A stretch of 57,622 nucleotides of DNA from an uncultured archaeon. Its GTDB lineage: Archaea > Asgardarchaeota > Thorarchaeia > Thorarchaeales > Thorarchaeaceae. Below are positions 28,415 through 38,485 of this stretch, piece after piece. Location: the NCBI GenBank assembly GCA_964610875.1, contig CAZSWP010000026.1, positions 1 to 57,622 of the forward strand. The letters are read 5' to 3'. The notes under the pieces were generated by a model. It made no database searches. It was given only the letters and a program-made list of their open reading frames with translations, and was not told where the DNA came from. Each line of letters opens with the position of its first letter. The first letter of the stretch is position 1. The position numbers were made by a program, and so were the translations under genes.

Positions 28415-29563
28415 TCAATAATCGTTCCAGATATTATATAATCTGATACCTCTAGATGCTCTAAGCAATGCTGCATAGAGCTGGAATAACAGTTTGTTAT
28501 TTGGTTCAGGATCTTCGATGATACCTGAAAGTACTGAATCAATCAAAGAACGAGCACCGCTCATGCTTGCTTCATCAAGACTATCTAAGATTACTTTTGA
28601 TTCTGAGATTGAATCAAATCCACTCTCTAAGGCCCATAAAAGCGCCAGTGTCTTAGTGATAAAACTAGAAGTCCGCATATCATCAGTTTGAATGAATACT
28701 GACATGATTGAACAACGGGTATCTGAAATCAAGTCCTCAGGGTATTCCTCGATATTTCCCTTCTTTAAACCAGTAATCGAATTCACAAGAGCTTCACCAA
28801 GATTCTCAATGAGTGTAATCGTTTTATCTATCTCATCCCCAAACTGCGTAAGCAGTTCTTTTTTTGAGAACGAACTATTCAAAATATCCTTAGTCAAATG
28901 AATTCTACTGCCCGCATTGAAGACAGGGTGTGTATCCTCTTTAGGAGGAATATCATCTATAATGATACTAAGAAAATCATTACCACAGCAGTTACAGATA
29001 ATTGAACCGAGAATAGCTTGTTCTATTGTTGAAAATATTTTGAGTACTTCTTCCTTATCAGAAACTCTTCGCATATTGATTCTACCATCTTGAAGCAAAG
29101 TGATGCTCATGTCACCAGTATCCGCTCTTCCATATCCAAGGTCTCTGCTACATTTCAAAGTTTCAAAATGTTGACGCAGGCAATCAAGTAATTCACAGAA
29201 TAAGATGGGGTCAAAGACTCCGAAGCGTATAGGTGTGCCAGGTTCGACACCATTCGTCACTCGTAATTCAGCCATAACTTTCTCTGTTGAGTCCTTACAA
29301 GGCATTGTGAGTAAGAGACCGTCAGAAGGCAATTCTTGTGCTAGTTGCGGTTGAAGTGTGGTGGACCTCATCGCAACAGATTCTAGCTCACTCTGTAATC
29401 CACCAAATTCATCAAATGAAAGAATTGGACATGCATTGATGGACACATCGCCAACAACAAATGCTCTAGCAAAACTCGCACACCTTGTATATCCACATAA
29501 GCCACAATCATATTGTGGTGTCGCCTTAATGGAACGTGTCCATATACTGCTCATCTCTATCAC
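28415..29563 (-). CDS. Fe-S cluster-binding protein (putative FeS domain + COG4871-like domain)
   Basis: N-terminal CGLCGYTRCASFA...CP 4-Cys motif; PCKD, CSRDLG, ITLLQDGRINMRR and ICNCCG. Confidence 0.75.
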   Translation of the reverse strand: MIEMSSIWTRSIKATPQYDCGLCGYTRCASFARAFVVGDVSINACPILSFDEFGGLQSELESVAMRSTTLQPQLAQELPSDGLLLTMPCKDSTEKVMAELRVTNGVEPGTPIRFGVFDPILFCELLDCLRQHFETLKCSRDLGYGRADTGDMSITLLQDGRINMRRVSDKEEVLKIFSTIEQAILGSIICNCCGNDFLSIIIDDIPPKEDTHPVFNAGSRIHLTKDILNSSFSKKELLTQFGDEIDKTITLIENLGEALVNSITGLKKGNIEEYPEDLISDTRCSIMSVFIQTDDMRTSSFITKTLALLWALESGFDSISESKVILDSLDEASMSGARSLIDSVLSGIIEDPEPNNKLLFQLYAALLRASRGIRLYNIWNDY

Positions 29564-29643
29564 GACTCTACTTCAATAACCATGGTTCTGTTACCTGAGT
29601 CAGCATTCACGGTTAGTTTTATTAGAATCGGTAATGGCTAAAC

Positions 29644-30246
29644 TTGAAGAGGCTTTTCAAAATGGAGAGAATGCGTCAAAAACTCAAATGGGACACGCGT
29701 TCAGAGACCTTCAAGACTGTATTCCTTCTAGTGATAGTTGTTGGAGGAACCCTAGGGGGATATGGTCTCTTCATGCTAACAATGGGTACATCTTCACCCC
29801 TTGTGGTTGTTACTAGTGGTTCGATGGAACCAACATACTATCGAGGAGATCTACTCGTTCTTCAATCTCGAGCTCCAGAAGATATTCAGTTATCTGATGT
29901 AATTGTGTTTGAAGACAAAAATTGGGAAACAAATGGACCTGTGGTTCACAGGGTTGTTGAAATTGGGATAATTGATGGGGAGTATCATTTCACTACAAAA
30001 GGTGACAACAATAATTCTGAAGACCCATATACTAGAACTGCAGATGAAATAATTGGAGTTGTTGTTGGAGTAATTCCAGCTATTGGGCACATTAGTCTCT
30101 TTCTAAAAGAACCAATAGGGATGGCTTTCATGATAATCCTCTTCATAGCAATATTAGTTGTGCCAGAATACGTTTGCAATGAAGAGGAAGAGGAGGGAGC
30201 TACAGAAGACTCTGATAGCTCCGATGATTCAAGTACAGATACTTAG
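29644..30246 (+). CDS. signal peptidase I, archaeal/Sec11 type
   Basis: VVTSGSMEP..RGDL, VVHRV and TKGDNN motifs; N- and C-terminal TM segments. Confidence 0.93.
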   Translation: MKRLFKMERMRQKLKWDTRSETFKTVFLLVIVVGGTLGGYGLFMLTMGTSSPLVVVTSGSMEPTYYRGDLLVLQSRAPEDIQLSDVIVFEDKNWETNGPVVHRVVEIGIIDGEYHFTTKGDNNNSEDPYTRTADEIIGVVVGVIPAIGHISLFLKEPIGMAFMIILFIAILVVPEYVCNEEEEEGATEDSDSSDDSSTDT

Positions 30247-30247
30247 C

Positions 30248-30787
30248 TCATCCATATAATATCATAGGTTCTAATCCAAACATGGAACCAACAATATTTC
30301 CGGGAAACTGTGCCAATGCAGTATTATATGCAGTCACAGCGTCATTATAGTTTAACTTTGCCATTGTGATTCTGTTCTCGGTTCCAGTAATCTCATCAAA
30401 CAACTCCTGATATAGAACATCAGCATGAAGTGTCGGATAGTTTTCTTGAATTGCTAGAAAGAGCATATTAAGAACCTGATTCAGTTCAGTTGAAACATTA
30501 GCTTGTTCACTGGGAGAACCGTTAAGATTCAACCACTGGGTTCTTAGTTCAGTGACCAATGTTAGGGTTTCCTGCTCATATTCCGTATAATTCTCAACCA
30601 ATGTTACCAATTGGGGAATTAGCTCGACCTTACGTTCGTATTGAATTTGGATTGCACTCCATTTGTTCTCAGCTTCTAATTTCTCCGCCACCAGTCCATT
30701 ATAGGATAAAACAATTGAACCGACAAATCCGATTCCAACTACAGCAATTATTAGAACGCTTATACATAGTATCTGTTTTGTTTGCAT
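30248..30787 (-). CDS. lemA: LemA family protein
   Basis: TM + YNGLV...WSAIQIQYERKVELIPQLV, ENYPTL, TENRI...YNDAV..YN...FPGNIV. Confidence 0.92.
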   Translation of the reverse strand: MQTKQILCISVLIIAVVGIGFVGSIVLSYNGLVAEKLEAENKWSAIQIQYERKVELIPQLVTLVENYTEYEQETLTLVTELRTQWLNLNGSPSEQANVSTELNQVLNMLFLAIQENYPTLHADVLYQELFDEITGTENRITMAKLNYNDAVTAYNTALAQFPGNIVGSMFGLEPMILYG

Positions 30788-30809
30788 TTTTTTTTACTCT
30801 CCTAGGTAC

Positions 30810-31658
30810 TCAATATGTACTCCATCCACCACCTTCGGAACGACCACCGCCACCTCTAACTCTTCCAATCCCACGAATTGTAACAGTTGCTCCTAAAGAG
30901 AATGCTATGGCATAGAAAAGTACCATTAGAGAATAATCTAGCCACCATCCAAATAAGAGAAGACAGACAATTGCGATCATTGGGAGAAGTACTCTACCGC
31001 CACGATATGCATAAACCTGAAGCCACATGCCACAGAACCACAGTCCAATTGCTAGAAGAATTCCCGGGATGATAGGGTTATAGTACGCCCAAGCTTGAAC
31101 TGCTGAGAGACCCTCAGGACCCCCACTTCCACTCACAACACTTGGATCATCTTCGAATTCGTAGTATAGTTCTTCAATCCCTTCATAGAAGCCTTCGTAG
31201 AAATATGCCCAATTAAACCAGATGGACATATTATCCCTACCAATGCATCCTGCTTCTGAATCAGTTATCGCTCCCTCTAGTCCTCGACCAATTTCAATTC
31301 TAAACTCGTATCCAAAATGAGTTTCATTGATATCAATGTAGTAAAATGTGATCAATAGACCATTGTTCACATCATCTTTACCGATTCCCCAATCATTGAA
31401 GATACGATATGAGTATTCATTCAGATCATAACCCTCAAGATCAGTCGTTGTCAGAATATAGACCTCAACTGTTGTTTCCTCTTCAATGAATCTACAGAAA
31501 TCTTCCAGGGAGTTATCTTCTTCCCAAGTCAAAAGATAAGCAAAATCATTCACCATATAGCCACTCTCTTCAGGAAGAGCTTGGACGTTAGTTGCAAGGG
31601 CTATGAGAAGCACAATTCCAATTGTGAGCACAATTAGAGAATGATTTCGACGGGTCAT
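30810..31658 (-). CDS. TPM domain (YgcG-like) membrane protein
   Basis: VNDFA.LL, WGIGKDDVNNGLL, RIEIGRGLEGAITD and a Gly-rich C-terminus GGGGRSEGGG; adjacent to lemA as is typical. Confidence 0.9.
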   Translation of the reverse strand: MTRRNHSLIVLTIGIVLLIALATNVQALPEESGYMVNDFAYLLTWEEDNSLEDFCRFIEEETTVEVYILTTTDLEGYDLNEYSYRIFNDWGIGKDDVNNGLLITFYYIDINETHFGYEFRIEIGRGLEGAITDSEAGCIGRDNMSIWFNWAYFYEGFYEGIEELYYEFEDDPSVVSGSGGPEGLSAVQAWAYYNPIIPGILLAIGLWFCGMWLQVYAYRGGRVLLPMIAIVCLLLFGWWLDYSLMVLFYAIAFSLGATVTIRGIGRVRGGGGRSEGGGWSTY

Positions 31659-31808
31659 TTTTTCGGTATTGAAAAATGCAATACTTATTATTTGCTCTGA
31701 TATTGTATAAATGAAATTTTCCTATTAATTTAGATTTGGCCGCCTACTAAGCACTTTTCAATGGTGTCATCTCTCATCTATTCCATGCTGTAAGAAGGGA
31801 TTCCTACA

Positions 31809-33110
31809 ATGACAGCACAGTTAGACACTGACAGCAGCAATTCATCCCTGAATCAGTCAAAAGTCATTAGACTATCCATACTCTACGCATTCAGTAGAGT
31901 AACAGGAGCATTCAATGTGGTTGTCCTACCTCTTTTTGCTTTGGCAATTGGACAAGACGAAGCTTTCTACGGTGTGCTCACAGCCGCAGCAGGTTATGTT
32001 CAAGCGACGGTGCTCTTCCCATCAGGACAACTCAGTGACAAGAATGGAAGAGGTATAGCTATTCTGCTTGGAGGTCTTTTTGCAGGACCATGTTTACTGA
32101 TACTTCCATTCCTATCAGACCCTTTCTTGATTCTCGTAACATACGCACTCACTGGAGTGGGTAATGGTTTCATCACAACTTCTGTAAATTCATTGATTGC
32201 AGATTATACTGAAAAAGGCGATGAGAGAACCAAGTCATACGGGATTACAATATCTGCAGCTACTTGTGCAGCCGTTTTAGGTTCGTTCATAGCAGGACTA
32301 ATTCTTGATCCATTTGCATTTCCAGGCATCAATCCAATGCAAGCTCGTTTTGTGATTACTTTCATTGTAATGGGTTCGAGTATGATTGCAACAGGAGCTT
32401 CAGGATTATTCACAGAAAGATGGTTGAACAAGTATTGTCAAATTCCTGTCACAATTGAGGAGATAGATGAAGAGAATGGACCTCGTGCAAAACAAGACCT
32501 TCGGACTGCAATACTATTCGGAACAAGTCAGTTGATTATGGGCATTAGTTCTGGAATGGTCATTCCTTATCTTATACCATGGATAAACGCTGCATTCACG
32601 CCAGACCCGGTAGTTCTCGGATCCGTTCCCGCGATCGCCAATATTACACTTGCAACAGGAACGTTGTATGTTGGTATGAGTAGTGAACGTGTTGGAAAAC
32701 TGAAGATGATAGGAATTCTCTATATCCTCGCACCTATCCTTACCTTTGGTCTTGTCCTGACACCTATTTTCCATATTATGGTCATATTCTATGTCACACG
32801 CATGGCAGTTGCCAACATGGCAAGACCGGCTAATAATTCACTCTTCATGGAAGAGATCGGAAAATCTCGCAGAGGTAGGTCATTAGCAATTTCGAGGATA
32901 ATGTGGAACTTTCCAAGGCAAACTGGTACACTTCTCACCGCAATCATTCTGAGTATTGGTATTTTTAGCGGTATTGTTGAGTTCGGAGTGTTCATTTTCC
33001 CGTTAGTCATGTGCCTCTATCCACTTGCAGTGATCCCAATGTGGCTAGCTTTACGTCTTAATCGTAGAGATGAAAGACTTGAAGAAATTGAACCCAAAGA
33101 AGAAATGTGA
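31809..33110 (+). CDS. MFS transporter
   Basis: About 12 TM segments; motif A (GQLSDKNGRG) and its repeat (GMSSERVGK). Confidence 0.9.
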   Translation: MTAQLDTDSSNSSLNQSKVIRLSILYAFSRVTGAFNVVVLPLFALAIGQDEAFYGVLTAAAGYVQATVLFPSGQLSDKNGRGIAILLGGLFAGPCLLILPFLSDPFLILVTYALTGVGNGFITTSVNSLIADYTEKGDERTKSYGITISAATCAAVLGSFIAGLILDPFAFPGINPMQARFVITFIVMGSSMIATGASGLFTERWLNKYCQIPVTIEEIDEENGPRAKQDLRTAILFGTSQLIMGISSGMVIPYLIPWINAAFTPDPVVLGSVPAIANITLATGTLYVGMSSERVGKLKMIGILYILAPILTFGLVLTPIFHIMVIFYVTRMAVANMARPANNSLFMEEIGKSRRGRSLAISRIMWNFPRQTGTLLTAIILSIGIFSGIVEFGVFIFPLVMCLYPLAVIPMWLALRLNRRDERLEEIEPKEEM

Positions 33111-33347
33111 GAAAATGAGAGCAATTTGTGAAAACGCATTTTCATTCTCGTATTAGATTCACTAGAATACATCTTCAGAGGGTTTAATGAATATTGAAAC
33201 TTCCAGATACTATTTTGAACAGTTTATTTTTAAAAAAGCTAATATTTTAATTAATATTCGTCATATGAAATAGATTATAAGCGATTTTAATAGGAAATCG
33301 TTTATAAAAAATAACAGTCGCTTAATACGATAGGGAGTAGATAGTTC

Positions 33348-33524
33348 ATGTCAGCAATACTAGAATTGTTAGAGGAGTTCATGATGACTCTCTTTCTCCT
33401 ACTGTATATCGTCGTATTGACCATCGTTATTGATAGAATTAAGGAACACATGACTTCGCACACAGTCCCTAGCGAGGCCGAATCCTTTGCAAGTCATGAT
33501 CTAATATGTACGACTTATAATTGA
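33348..33524 (+). CDS. small single-TM protein (58 aa)
   Basis: MSAILELLEEFMMTLFLLLYIVVLTIVIDRIKEH...; preceded by TTTATAAA (33301) and GGGAG; below the ORF-track length cutoff. Confidence 0.55.
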   Translation: MSAILELLEEFMMTLFLLLYIVVLTIVIDRIKEHMTSHTVPSEAESFASHDLICTTYN

Positions 33525-33569
33525 TCGAATTTTCGAAATCAAAATTGATACAGACGAGGTAATCAACAA

Positions 33570-34853
33570 TTGGCAGATATTCCAATTATCATAGGCATAG
33601 GTCTTGTGATGGCATTTTTAGCATCCAAGTTATTCAAAAGAGTGGGGATTCCACAAGTTGTAGGCTTTATGGTTGCAGGTATTCTACTTCGTATAGTAGG
33701 ATTTATTGGAACCGACGAAATCGAAACTCTCAGTGTAATATTCTCTCTTGCACTAGGATTAATTGGATATAACATAGGACTTGAATTGAGGACAAAAATT
33801 CTCAAAGGAAGAATCAGAAATATTTTCATAATTGTGCTTCTTGAAGCCACTATAGCATTTTGGCTTGTTACTCTTCTAGTATTCTTCTTTACACAACAGT
33901 TTTTTGTAGCCATGATTCTTGGTTCCATTGCTAGTGCAACAGCACCAGCTGCTACAGCTGATGTTGTGTGGGATCATGACTGTAAAGGACCAGTTACAGA
34001 AAACCTAATGTTTGTCCTAGCACTTGATGATGTAATTGCAGTCGTCCTCACGAATGTGGCGATTTCTTATGCACTATTCGTTCTTTCACCAACTAGTGCT
34101 TCTTGGTTGACCATCATTCTCAATCCAATCATAATGACAATTGGTTCTATTGTAATCGGAGGGATTTTTGGTATAGTTTTCGTCATGTTTGTAAAAAGAG
34201 AGGAGAAGAAGGGTGTAATTGTTGAGCTAGAATTAGCCTTAGTCATTCTTTTAGTGGGGATAGTAGATTACCTTGCTTTCAACGACATCTTAGCGGCAAT
34301 TTCATTTGGCGTTATTGTCGGCAACCGAACTCCTGAGGAAAAACAAAGTGGCCCCCATCTACTGGAGGTGATAATGGCACCCATTGTAATGTTATTCTTT
34401 GTTTTAGCTGGTGCTAAAACAAATCTTGAGATATTCTTTGCAGATACAGGATTGATAGTCATTATTATCACTGCTTTGTACATCACTGGAAGAACAATTG
34501 GTAAGTTGCTTGGTGCTCGTATAGGCGCAACAGCCACTAAATCAGAAGACACCGTTCGAAAATATTTGGGAAGTTGTTTGCTAAGTCAAGCAGGAGTTGC
34601 GCTTGGACTGAGTGTTATTGTCGAACAGCAGTTTGCAATTATTGGTGGTGATGCAGCCCTCTATGGAACAATCATTCTTAGTGTTGTAGCAATTTCAACA
34701 ATCATACTTGAAATAGTTGGACCGATTACTGCTAAGTGGGCTCTTGCCAGAGCAGGAGAGGTAGGAAATGGCAAACGAGGGTGCACAGAACCAATTTCTA
34801 ATAGTGATTATAAAAAGGAACCAGTTGAGCTAGAACAAAAATTAGAAAAATGA
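33570..34853 (+). CDS. cation:proton antiporter (CPA2 / Na+/H+ exchanger family)
   Basis: IPQVVGF, IGLEL, ASATAPAAT, LALDD, LFFVLAGA, GK.LG and SQAGVALGL motifs; about 12-13 TM. Confidence 0.92.
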   Translation: MADIPIIIGIGLVMAFLASKLFKRVGIPQVVGFMVAGILLRIVGFIGTDEIETLSVIFSLALGLIGYNIGLELRTKILKGRIRNIFIIVLLEATIAFWLVTLLVFFFTQQFFVAMILGSIASATAPAATADVVWDHDCKGPVTENLMFVLALDDVIAVVLTNVAISYALFVLSPTSASWLTIILNPIIMTIGSIVIGGIFGIVFVMFVKREEKKGVIVELELALVILLVGIVDYLAFNDILAAISFGVIVGNRTPEEKQSGPHLLEVIMAPIVMLFFVLAGAKTNLEIFFADTGLIVIIITALYITGRTIGKLLGARIGATATKSEDTVRKYLGSCLLSQAGVALGLSVIVEQQFAIIGGDAALYGTIILSVVAISTIILEIVGPITAKWALARAGEVGNGKRGCTEPISNSDYKKEPVELEQKLEK

Positions 34854-34891
34854 ACACTAGAAAAAAGATGATTTTGTCATTTAGCGAAGGT

Positions 34892-34977
34892 CTTATAACA
34901 TTGAATCTGGCGCAGCTCGACCAGATTTGACCCTTCTTTGAAGGTAAAATGACCGTCATGATTTTACGGTGAAACCA
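34892..34977 (+). promoter_or_regulatory. kbl promoter and structured leader
   Basis: CTTATAAC box; inverted repeat AATCTGG-N10-CCAGATT (34904-34927); ACCGT/ACGGT stem (34952-70) overlapping the GGTGA RBS before ATG 34978. Confidence 0.4.
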
Positions 34978-36168
34978 ATGAAGAGAGAACCTATTGCATG
35001 GATGCGAGAGGAGTACGAAGCTCTTGTTGAGAATAATCTCGATTGGAAAATCAGAGAACTTCAAGGTCCTAGTACACCTAAAGCAAAGATGGATGGTGAA
35101 GAGGTGATAATGCTTTGTAGCAATAACTACCTCAATCTTTCAAACCATCCAAAGTTGAAAGAAGCAGCATTAGAAGCGATTAAGACACATGGCGTTGGCT
35201 CTGGTTCAGTTCGAGCTATTGCTGGCACAATGGATGTGCACTTGGAACTTGAACGACGTCTAGCTGAATTCAAAGGTGCAGAAGCATCTCTGACATACAG
35301 TGCAGGATTTGCAACAAATGAAGGATTAATTCCACAACTTGTTGGTAAAGGAGATGCTATAATCTCAGATGAGCTCAATCATGGAAGTATCATCGACGGT
35401 GTCAGACTGACAAAAGCTACACGTTTCGTCTACAAACATAATGATACAGAAGATCTTGCAAGAGTACTAGATGAAGCTGAAAAGGAAAACCCAGATAAAA
35501 TGCTCATCATCACAGATGGTGTCTTCTCAATGGATGGAGATATTGCTCCTCTAGACAAGATTGTGAAGCATGGCAAAGAACACGGTGCAATGATCTACGT
35601 AGATGATGCACATGGTGAGGCTGTACTTGGGAAGGGAGGCCGTGGTATCGTATCACACTTTAATTTGACACACAAGGACGTTCATTTTGAAATGGGTACA
35701 TTCAGTAAGGCCTTTGGTGTCATGGGAGGACATGTTTCAGGTAGTCGTGATATGGTAAACTATGCTTTGAATAAGAGTCGTTCTTGGTTACTCTCAGCAT
35801 CCCATCCACCAGCAACTGCTGCAGCATGTATTGCAGCTATTGACGTACTTGAAACAGAAGAAGAGCATGTGAAGACTCTCTGGGATAATAGAGAATACTT
35901 CATAAAAGGCTTGGAACAAATGGGCTATGATACTGGAGTGAGTGAAACTCCAATAGTCCCTGCTATTGTTGGTGAGAGTTCAAAAGCCGCAGCACTTAGC
36001 GATGGTCTCTTTAAAGAGGGAATCCTTGCATTGCCCATAGTATTCCCAATGGTTGCTAGAGATAAGGCAAGAATTCGTAATATGATGAACTCCGGTCTAA
36101 CAAAGGACCAACTGGATCATGCCTTAAGCGCATATGAGAGGGTAGGTCAGAAACTAGATATCATCTAA
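34978..36168 (+). CDS. kbl: glycine C-acetyltransferase (2-amino-3-ketobutyrate CoA ligase) / AON synthase family
   Basis: CSNNYL, GSGSVRAIAGT, SDELNHGSIIDGVRL, TDGVFSMDGD, DDAHG, GTFSKAFG (PLP Lys), FPMV..DKARIR. ORF track start is 34969. Confidence 0.85.
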   Translation: MKREPIAWMREEYEALVENNLDWKIRELQGPSTPKAKMDGEEVIMLCSNNYLNLSNHPKLKEAALEAIKTHGVGSGSVRAIAGTMDVHLELERRLAEFKGAEASLTYSAGFATNEGLIPQLVGKGDAIISDELNHGSIIDGVRLTKATRFVYKHNDTEDLARVLDEAEKENPDKMLIITDGVFSMDGDIAPLDKIVKHGKEHGAMIYVDDAHGEAVLGKGGRGIVSHFNLTHKDVHFEMGTFSKAFGVMGGHVSGSRDMVNYALNKSRSWLLSASHPPATAAACIAAIDVLETEEEHVKTLWDNREYFIKGLEQMGYDTGVSETPIVPAIVGESSKAAALSDGLFKEGILALPIVFPMVARDKARIRNMMNSGLTKDQLDHALSAYERVGQKLDII

Positions 36169-36176
36169 ACTGCGAA

Positions 36177-36221
36177 AAGTCAGGAAGCAATTAAAGCTCC
36201 TGACTTCCGTTTCTCTTTCTC
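36177..36221 (+). terminator. hairpin + pyrimidine tract terminator
   Basis: AAGTCAGGA-AGC-N7-GCT-CCTGACTT (36177-36206), then TTTCTCTTTCTC, just after the kbl stop. Confidence 0.6.
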
Positions 36222-36255
36222 AAAGCTTATCAGATACAAAAGCGAATATATTCAT

Positions 36256-36492
36256 ATGAAGGAAGACAAGATAGATTATTCGTTGAAGACAATTCTGACA
36301 AATGCAGCCAGAGATGCCCAAAGAGTCAGGTTAATTGGTGCGCCCCTGGTGATAATCGCAGATGGATATGTTACATATGTATCCAGAGAGATTGTCGCGT
36401 TGTCTAACGAGAAAGACTCTGAACCCAATGAATTTGTCAACCTCGCAGATGTTATCAAAGTGCAGTTGCTTCCCGACTATGTCAGCTATTGA
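36256..36492 (+). CDS. small hypothetical protein (possible Sm/SH3-like beta fold)
   Basis: 78 aa; one helix then about 5 short strands (RVRLI, DGYVTYV, IVAL, EFVNLADVIKVQL). Confidence 0.6.
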   Translation: MKEDKIDYSLKTILTNAARDAQRVRLIGAPLVIIADGYVTYVSREIVALSNEKDSEPNEFVNLADVIKVQLLPDYVSY

Positions 36493-36565
36493 CCCTCAAA
36501 ACTGGTAGATAACACATACCTAAACCATGAGGATTCTTTGCTGAGAATATGACATCATACTAGTG

Positions 36566-37747
36566 TTAGTATGCTCCGAATGCTAACAGCATGTACAACA
36601 TCATGATGAATACAGCTATCATTGCTATTGCTTCAAAATTGTTCACTTTTGCATCATCGGTTATCATTATTCTTAGAATAAATAAAGAAGGAAATGCAAA
36701 GAGTAGAAGAACAACTGAAAAGAGATCTATTGGAATCCAACCGCCTGTCAATCCACCAAATAGCAATGTAAATCCGAAGACAACAAAGAAGACCTGTACA
36801 ATTCCACCAAATGCATTAGAGAGCGCGACTTCAATTTGCTGTTTTCGATGACTTGACGCAACTATGATGTATTCTGGTGTGCCACCAAAGATGACAAGTA
36901 AAAGCGCAGCTTGGATAAAGTTCAGACCTAATCCACCTTCTGCTACTTCACCACTGGCGAAAGAAGCAAATGATGCCAAAGCTTCACCACCTAGAAGTGC
37001 TCCTAGAGATGCAAGAAAGATAAGAACAGCAACTGTTTTCTTTGTTAGAACGTGAGGATATACTTTGCATAACATGCCTTCATCTTCAGTATCGGGTAGA
37101 CACTTTCCATAGTATTTAGTTATTCTGTAGAGATATGCAATAAAGACAGCAACCAAACATCCTCCAAAGACGAATAATTCATCTCCAGTAAATACAGGTA
37201 CATCACCAGGGAAGATGGTAGTGGTTCCAACAAATACATACAGAATTAACATTGAAAGTCCTACTGCTAGACTGATTACAGCTCCCATTGCCAGCAGATC
37301 AGACCCGACCCACATGATAGCATCTGGGAGTCTGAAGTTGCCATGGTCGTCCTTAGGTAAGAAAAGGGTATAGAAGGCGAAGACGAGAGTATTCATGAAT
37401 ATGGTAGCCAGAGCGAGAACCCAAGCCATCTCATATTTTCCTTCTAGCATGAGAAAAGCAAGAATTACCAACTCTGGAATTGTACTGGCAATGCTCGCAT
37501 AAATTCCACTCACATAGTCAGTCATATGCATATTATGTGAGATGCCTTCTACTGAGATGACAAAAGCTTCACAAGCACCAGCGATAAGCATGACGCCTCC
37601 AGCGAGTTCAGCTATGGCTAGTGTGACATGTGGGAGATGAACTCCAGCAAAATCTAATCCAAACAATCCAACAACAATTGCAAAGCCAATGATATACGAT
37701 ATTTGCCACAGCTTGAGTTTCACGCCTGTTACCTGCTGCATCAGCAA
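36566..37747 (-). CDS. Ca2+/cation antiporter (CaCA family)
   Basis: Two alpha repeats (ASTIPEL and GGTPEY...ALSNAFG); about 11 TM. Confidence 0.85.
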   Translation of the reverse strand: MLMQQVTGVKLKLWQISYIIGFAIVVGLFGLDFAGVHLPHVTLAIAELAGGVMLIAGACEAFVISVEGISHNMHMTDYVSGIYASIASTIPELVILAFLMLEGKYEMAWVLALATIFMNTLVFAFYTLFLPKDDHGNFRLPDAIMWVGSDLLAMGAVISLAVGLSMLILYVFVGTTTIFPGDVPVFTGDELFVFGGCLVAVFIAYLYRITKYYGKCLPDTEDEGMLCKVYPHVLTKKTVAVLIFLASLGALLGGEALASFASFASGEVAEGGLGLNFIQAALLLVIFGGTPEYIIVASSHRKQQIEVALSNAFGGIVQVFFVVFGFTLLFGGLTGGWIPIDLFSVVLLLFAFPSLFILRIMITDDAKVNNFEAIAMIAVFIMMLYMLLAFGAY

Positions 37748-37844
37748 ACGAAGACGTAAATTAAGGTTACTCTATTATCGTATTGGATGATTATACTGTA
37801 ATAGAAGATTGAAAAGGGAGTAATGCTAATCATCGGTGAGATAG

Positions 37845-38408
37845 ATGACTAACTATTGGCATGACCTTCCAGCAGGTCAGGACCCTCCAAGTGAGATCTA
37901 TGTTGTGGTTGAGCTCAATCGAGCGAGTAAAAACAAGTATGAATACGAGCCAACCTTCAATATTTTCAAATTGGATAGAGTGTTATACACCTATGCCCCT
38001 TTTGATTATGGATTCATACCTCAGACCCTTGATCATGACGGAGACCCTTTAGATGTTGTACTACTTAACTCCGAATCAACTTTTACTGGCTGTCTAGTGC
38101 ATGCAAGACCTCTGGGAGTAATGGAAATGGATGACATGGGACACATCGACGATAAAATAATCGCAGTCCCATTAAACGATCCATATTATAGAGATGCAAA
38201 GAGTATTGTTGATCTTCCAAGAAGCACAATGGATGAACTGAAGCATTTCTATGCCACTTACAAAATTCAAGAGGGAGGTCATACAGAGGTTAGAAAGTTC
38301 AAAGAGCTTGGTGAAGCATATCAGTCAATAATACGTTGCACTGATGAATACCAAAAAGCTGTTAGAGAAGGAAAAATTAAATCATATAAGAAAAAGACCA
38401 ATTCGTAA
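37845..38408 (+). CDS. ppa: inorganic pyrophosphatase (family I)
   Basis: KNKYEY, LDRVL, YGFIPQT, DGDPLDV, DDKIIAVP and HFYATYK motifs. Confidence 0.95.
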   Translation: MTNYWHDLPAGQDPPSEIYVVVELNRASKNKYEYEPTFNIFKLDRVLYTYAPFDYGFIPQTLDHDGDPLDVVLLNSESTFTGCLVHARPLGVMEMDDMGHIDDKIIAVPLNDPYYRDAKSIVDLPRSTMDELKHFYATYKIQEGGHTEVRKFKELGEAYQSIIRCTDEYQKAVREGKIKSYKKKTNS

Positions 38409-38485
38409 AAACAACGATTCACACCAAAACTGCCTAATACCACAACCTCTGCAATCATAAAGTACTACAAAAGGGATTTAGAAAG

